From: Eledone cirrhosa
Lineage: Eukaryota
Direction: 5' to 3'
Assembly: GCA_964016885.1 (NCBI GenBank)
Contig: CAXHJY010000335.1
Location: 10,354-74,353, forward strand
Length of the DNA: 64,000 bases
How positions within the stretch are numbered: position 1 is the first letter of the stretch; each line of letters begins with the position of its first letter. Below are positions 61,882 through 64,000 of the stretch, piece by piece. The notes beneath the pieces are model-generated. The model was not told the DNA's origin. It did no database searches and was given only the letters and a program-made list of their open reading frames with translations. The position numbers were made by a program, and so were the translations under genes.

Positions 61882-64000
61882 TATTTCTTTATTGGCCACT
61901 AGGGCAGAAACATAAAAGACTATACAAAGGAACAGGTATAGTGGAGATTTACACAACAAAACAGGTACCAAATAACAATGAATTAAAACAACAGAATACC
62001 TCAGTATGGGAGAGGGGGTATCCCCCAGGGGCAGTTTAGGATCCCCACAGATCCCAAACCATCCTAACCACCAAGAACACCATAGGAAGGTGCCCTCCCT
62101 CCTCACTGAAATCTTCAGTCTAAAGGCACATGCTCAGAGTAGGCCTATTCACTCGGGCCATCCTTGCTACATTCATCCATCTTTTAACAAATGTACTGGG
62201 AACGGGAGGGCGGTACTTCCATTTAAACCCTCACCTTCCTTTCCAAGCAAAACCTGAAAAAGTCGACGAGGGCTTAACCGAAGAAGTAAGAGTTTGTCTT
62301 CAGTCCTCTCAGCCACGTCCACTGCACAACCTCTTTCGCTACAGCCACTAAGCAGAGGAAAACTGCTTGTCCTTCCCAGCCAAAAGAAGAGAGCTGCGCG
62401 ATCTTCACGATAGCCAGATCCTTCCTACAACTGACAACAGGTACTTGACAAAACTCCTGTCAGTAATGTACGGACATTGGATGAGTGTGTGCAGAACGGG
62501 TTCGTCGCATGGAGCGCACGAGGGCCATCATGAAGTTTTGTGTCTGTGTGATTGGTAGTTGTTGCCATGTGTGGTTTCTTTTTGTGGGTAGTTGTGGTTG
62601 TGGTAGTGTTGGTGGTGGTGGTGGTGGTAGCGATGGTTGTGATTCCAGTTGTGGTGTTAGTGAGGTTGGTGCTGTAGGTTTGTCTGTAACTGTTGGGGTG
62701 TGTTCTCAGTGGTATCTTGCGCATGCTGGTGTGAGACAAGATATTTTTGTGTATTTTCTTTCTTTTTCTTGATTTTGGGGTTCCCTCTCATCTTCACATC
62801 GAGATAAGGAGGTACCAGTGTTTTCGGAATGTCATGGATATGGGTGTGAGTGTGTTTGCATTTGTGTGAGTACCTATATGTGTATTTAAGTTTAGAAGAG
62901 AGGCAGAGCTTCGTCAGGAGACCTCTGGGTGTTTTCACGATGTCTGTTGCTTTTCCTTCTGTTGTTGGTGGTATTGGTGGTGTTCTGTTGCTGCTGTTAG
63001 TGCTGTTGGTGTTGTTTTTGCTCCTGCAATTGTTGGTTTTGTTGTCACTGCCATTGATGTTGCTGGTGCTATCGGAGTTGGTACCACTGTTGTTGTTTTT
63101 CGTTGTTGATGTTGTCATTGGAGCTGTTAGGGTTCAGGTGTTTGCAGGAAGGGACCACGTGGTTCCCCGTGTTCTGTTAAGTACAGAAGCTCTCAAGTGT
63201 CCAGACTCCTCACACAGGTAGAAATGAGGGCAAAAGGCCTCAAGTAATTCATACAACTCCACTCCACCTGGCAATCGAATAAAGCCTGGGATTTTATCGA
63301 TCTTCTTCGGTTTGATGTGGAAAAGCACCTTCACACTGATTCCAGACCAGTTTTCCTGCCGGATTCTTTTCACTCCGTGGAGAGTATCCCTGCCCTTCGT
63401 GACCACGTAGGCAAGAATCCATCAGATACCCAATTCCGCTAGGATTCCTTAAATGTTGACCATCACTGTCCTTCTCCCCAAATATGCTGGATACATGATG
63501 TATTGGTCACTCAGATAGAGAACTATAGAGTGCTTTACAACCAAGGCTTCACTTTTGAAGAACACTGAAATGGTTCTAAATTACCTGGCTCTAGCATTGT
63601 GCTGGATGTCCAGCAATAAGTCTTCCGGTGCCTTTTCTACTTCTGGTGTGGGTGCTGCCACTGGCCGTCTGTTTTTTTTGTCGAAATACATCTGTAGTTC
63701 AAAGATCTTTTGGCGGCTGCTGCCAACACCTCGGTCGGCACGGCTACGTCGGCCCAAAACTTGTCTAATTTGACAAGTTTGACTGCTCATGCCAAATGAG
63801 AGTCTTTGTCTATTAAGTCTATTTTAAACATTTGTGTGGCCTTTGCCACTGTTACTGCAAATGTCTTATTGTTTATGTTGTTGTCCATCTTATTGTTGCT
63901 ATTTGTATTGTTGTTATTGTCTGTGTTACTGCTATTTTTATTGACTGCTTCTATTATGTATTTTTCTTATTGTTGTTGCAGTGATGATGGTGGTGGCAGT
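61882..64000 (-). mobile_element. Tx1-clade LINE E6 with most of ORF2 deleted; runs off the right edge
   Basis: 3' UTR and ORF2 C-terminal remnant (about 62120-62525) fused to decayed ORF1 (knuckle remnant YLCEESGHLRAS); inserted in the ATT tail of a SINE. Confidence 0.85.

Overview
Eukaryotic, AT-rich and very repeat-dense DNA; the repeat landscape suggests an invertebrate, probably an octopus or other cephalopod (inference). The only host gene is HELQ (Ski2-like helicase, POLQ-like) on the minus strand. I traced 11 coding exons from an ATG at 38356 down to 1359 (840 codons, phases consistent, one GC-AG intron); the gene continues beyond the left edge and has a probable promoter and first exon near 39.4 kb. 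Its introns and upstream region hold many retroelements, most sitting in a particular simple repeat: four Tx1-clade LINEs stacked in a 16-bp minisatellite (all landing after GGCTGATAGATA), Tx1 elements in (TAA)n, two R4/Dong-like elements in (CATA)n, a head-to-head pair of PHD-finger RTE LINEs at (TA)n, and a Penelope-like element with long inverted arms. Mariner, Tc1, piggyBac, pogo and hAT remnants, a Helitron end and a tandem SINE array are also present. Best leads: (1) the minisatellite-targeted Tx1 array; (2) a type I hammerhead ribozyme with a U3-A8 core, sense to the HELQ pre-mRNA and opposed by its own antisense copy; (3) a GTAAGT donor on the Tx1 ORF1 stop plus AG|GT at the ORF2 stop, suggesting ORF2 is a removable intron; (4) an in-frame duplicated HELQ mini-exon that would turn the Walker B motif DELH into NELH. 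All calls were made by eye; no searches or folding programs were run.
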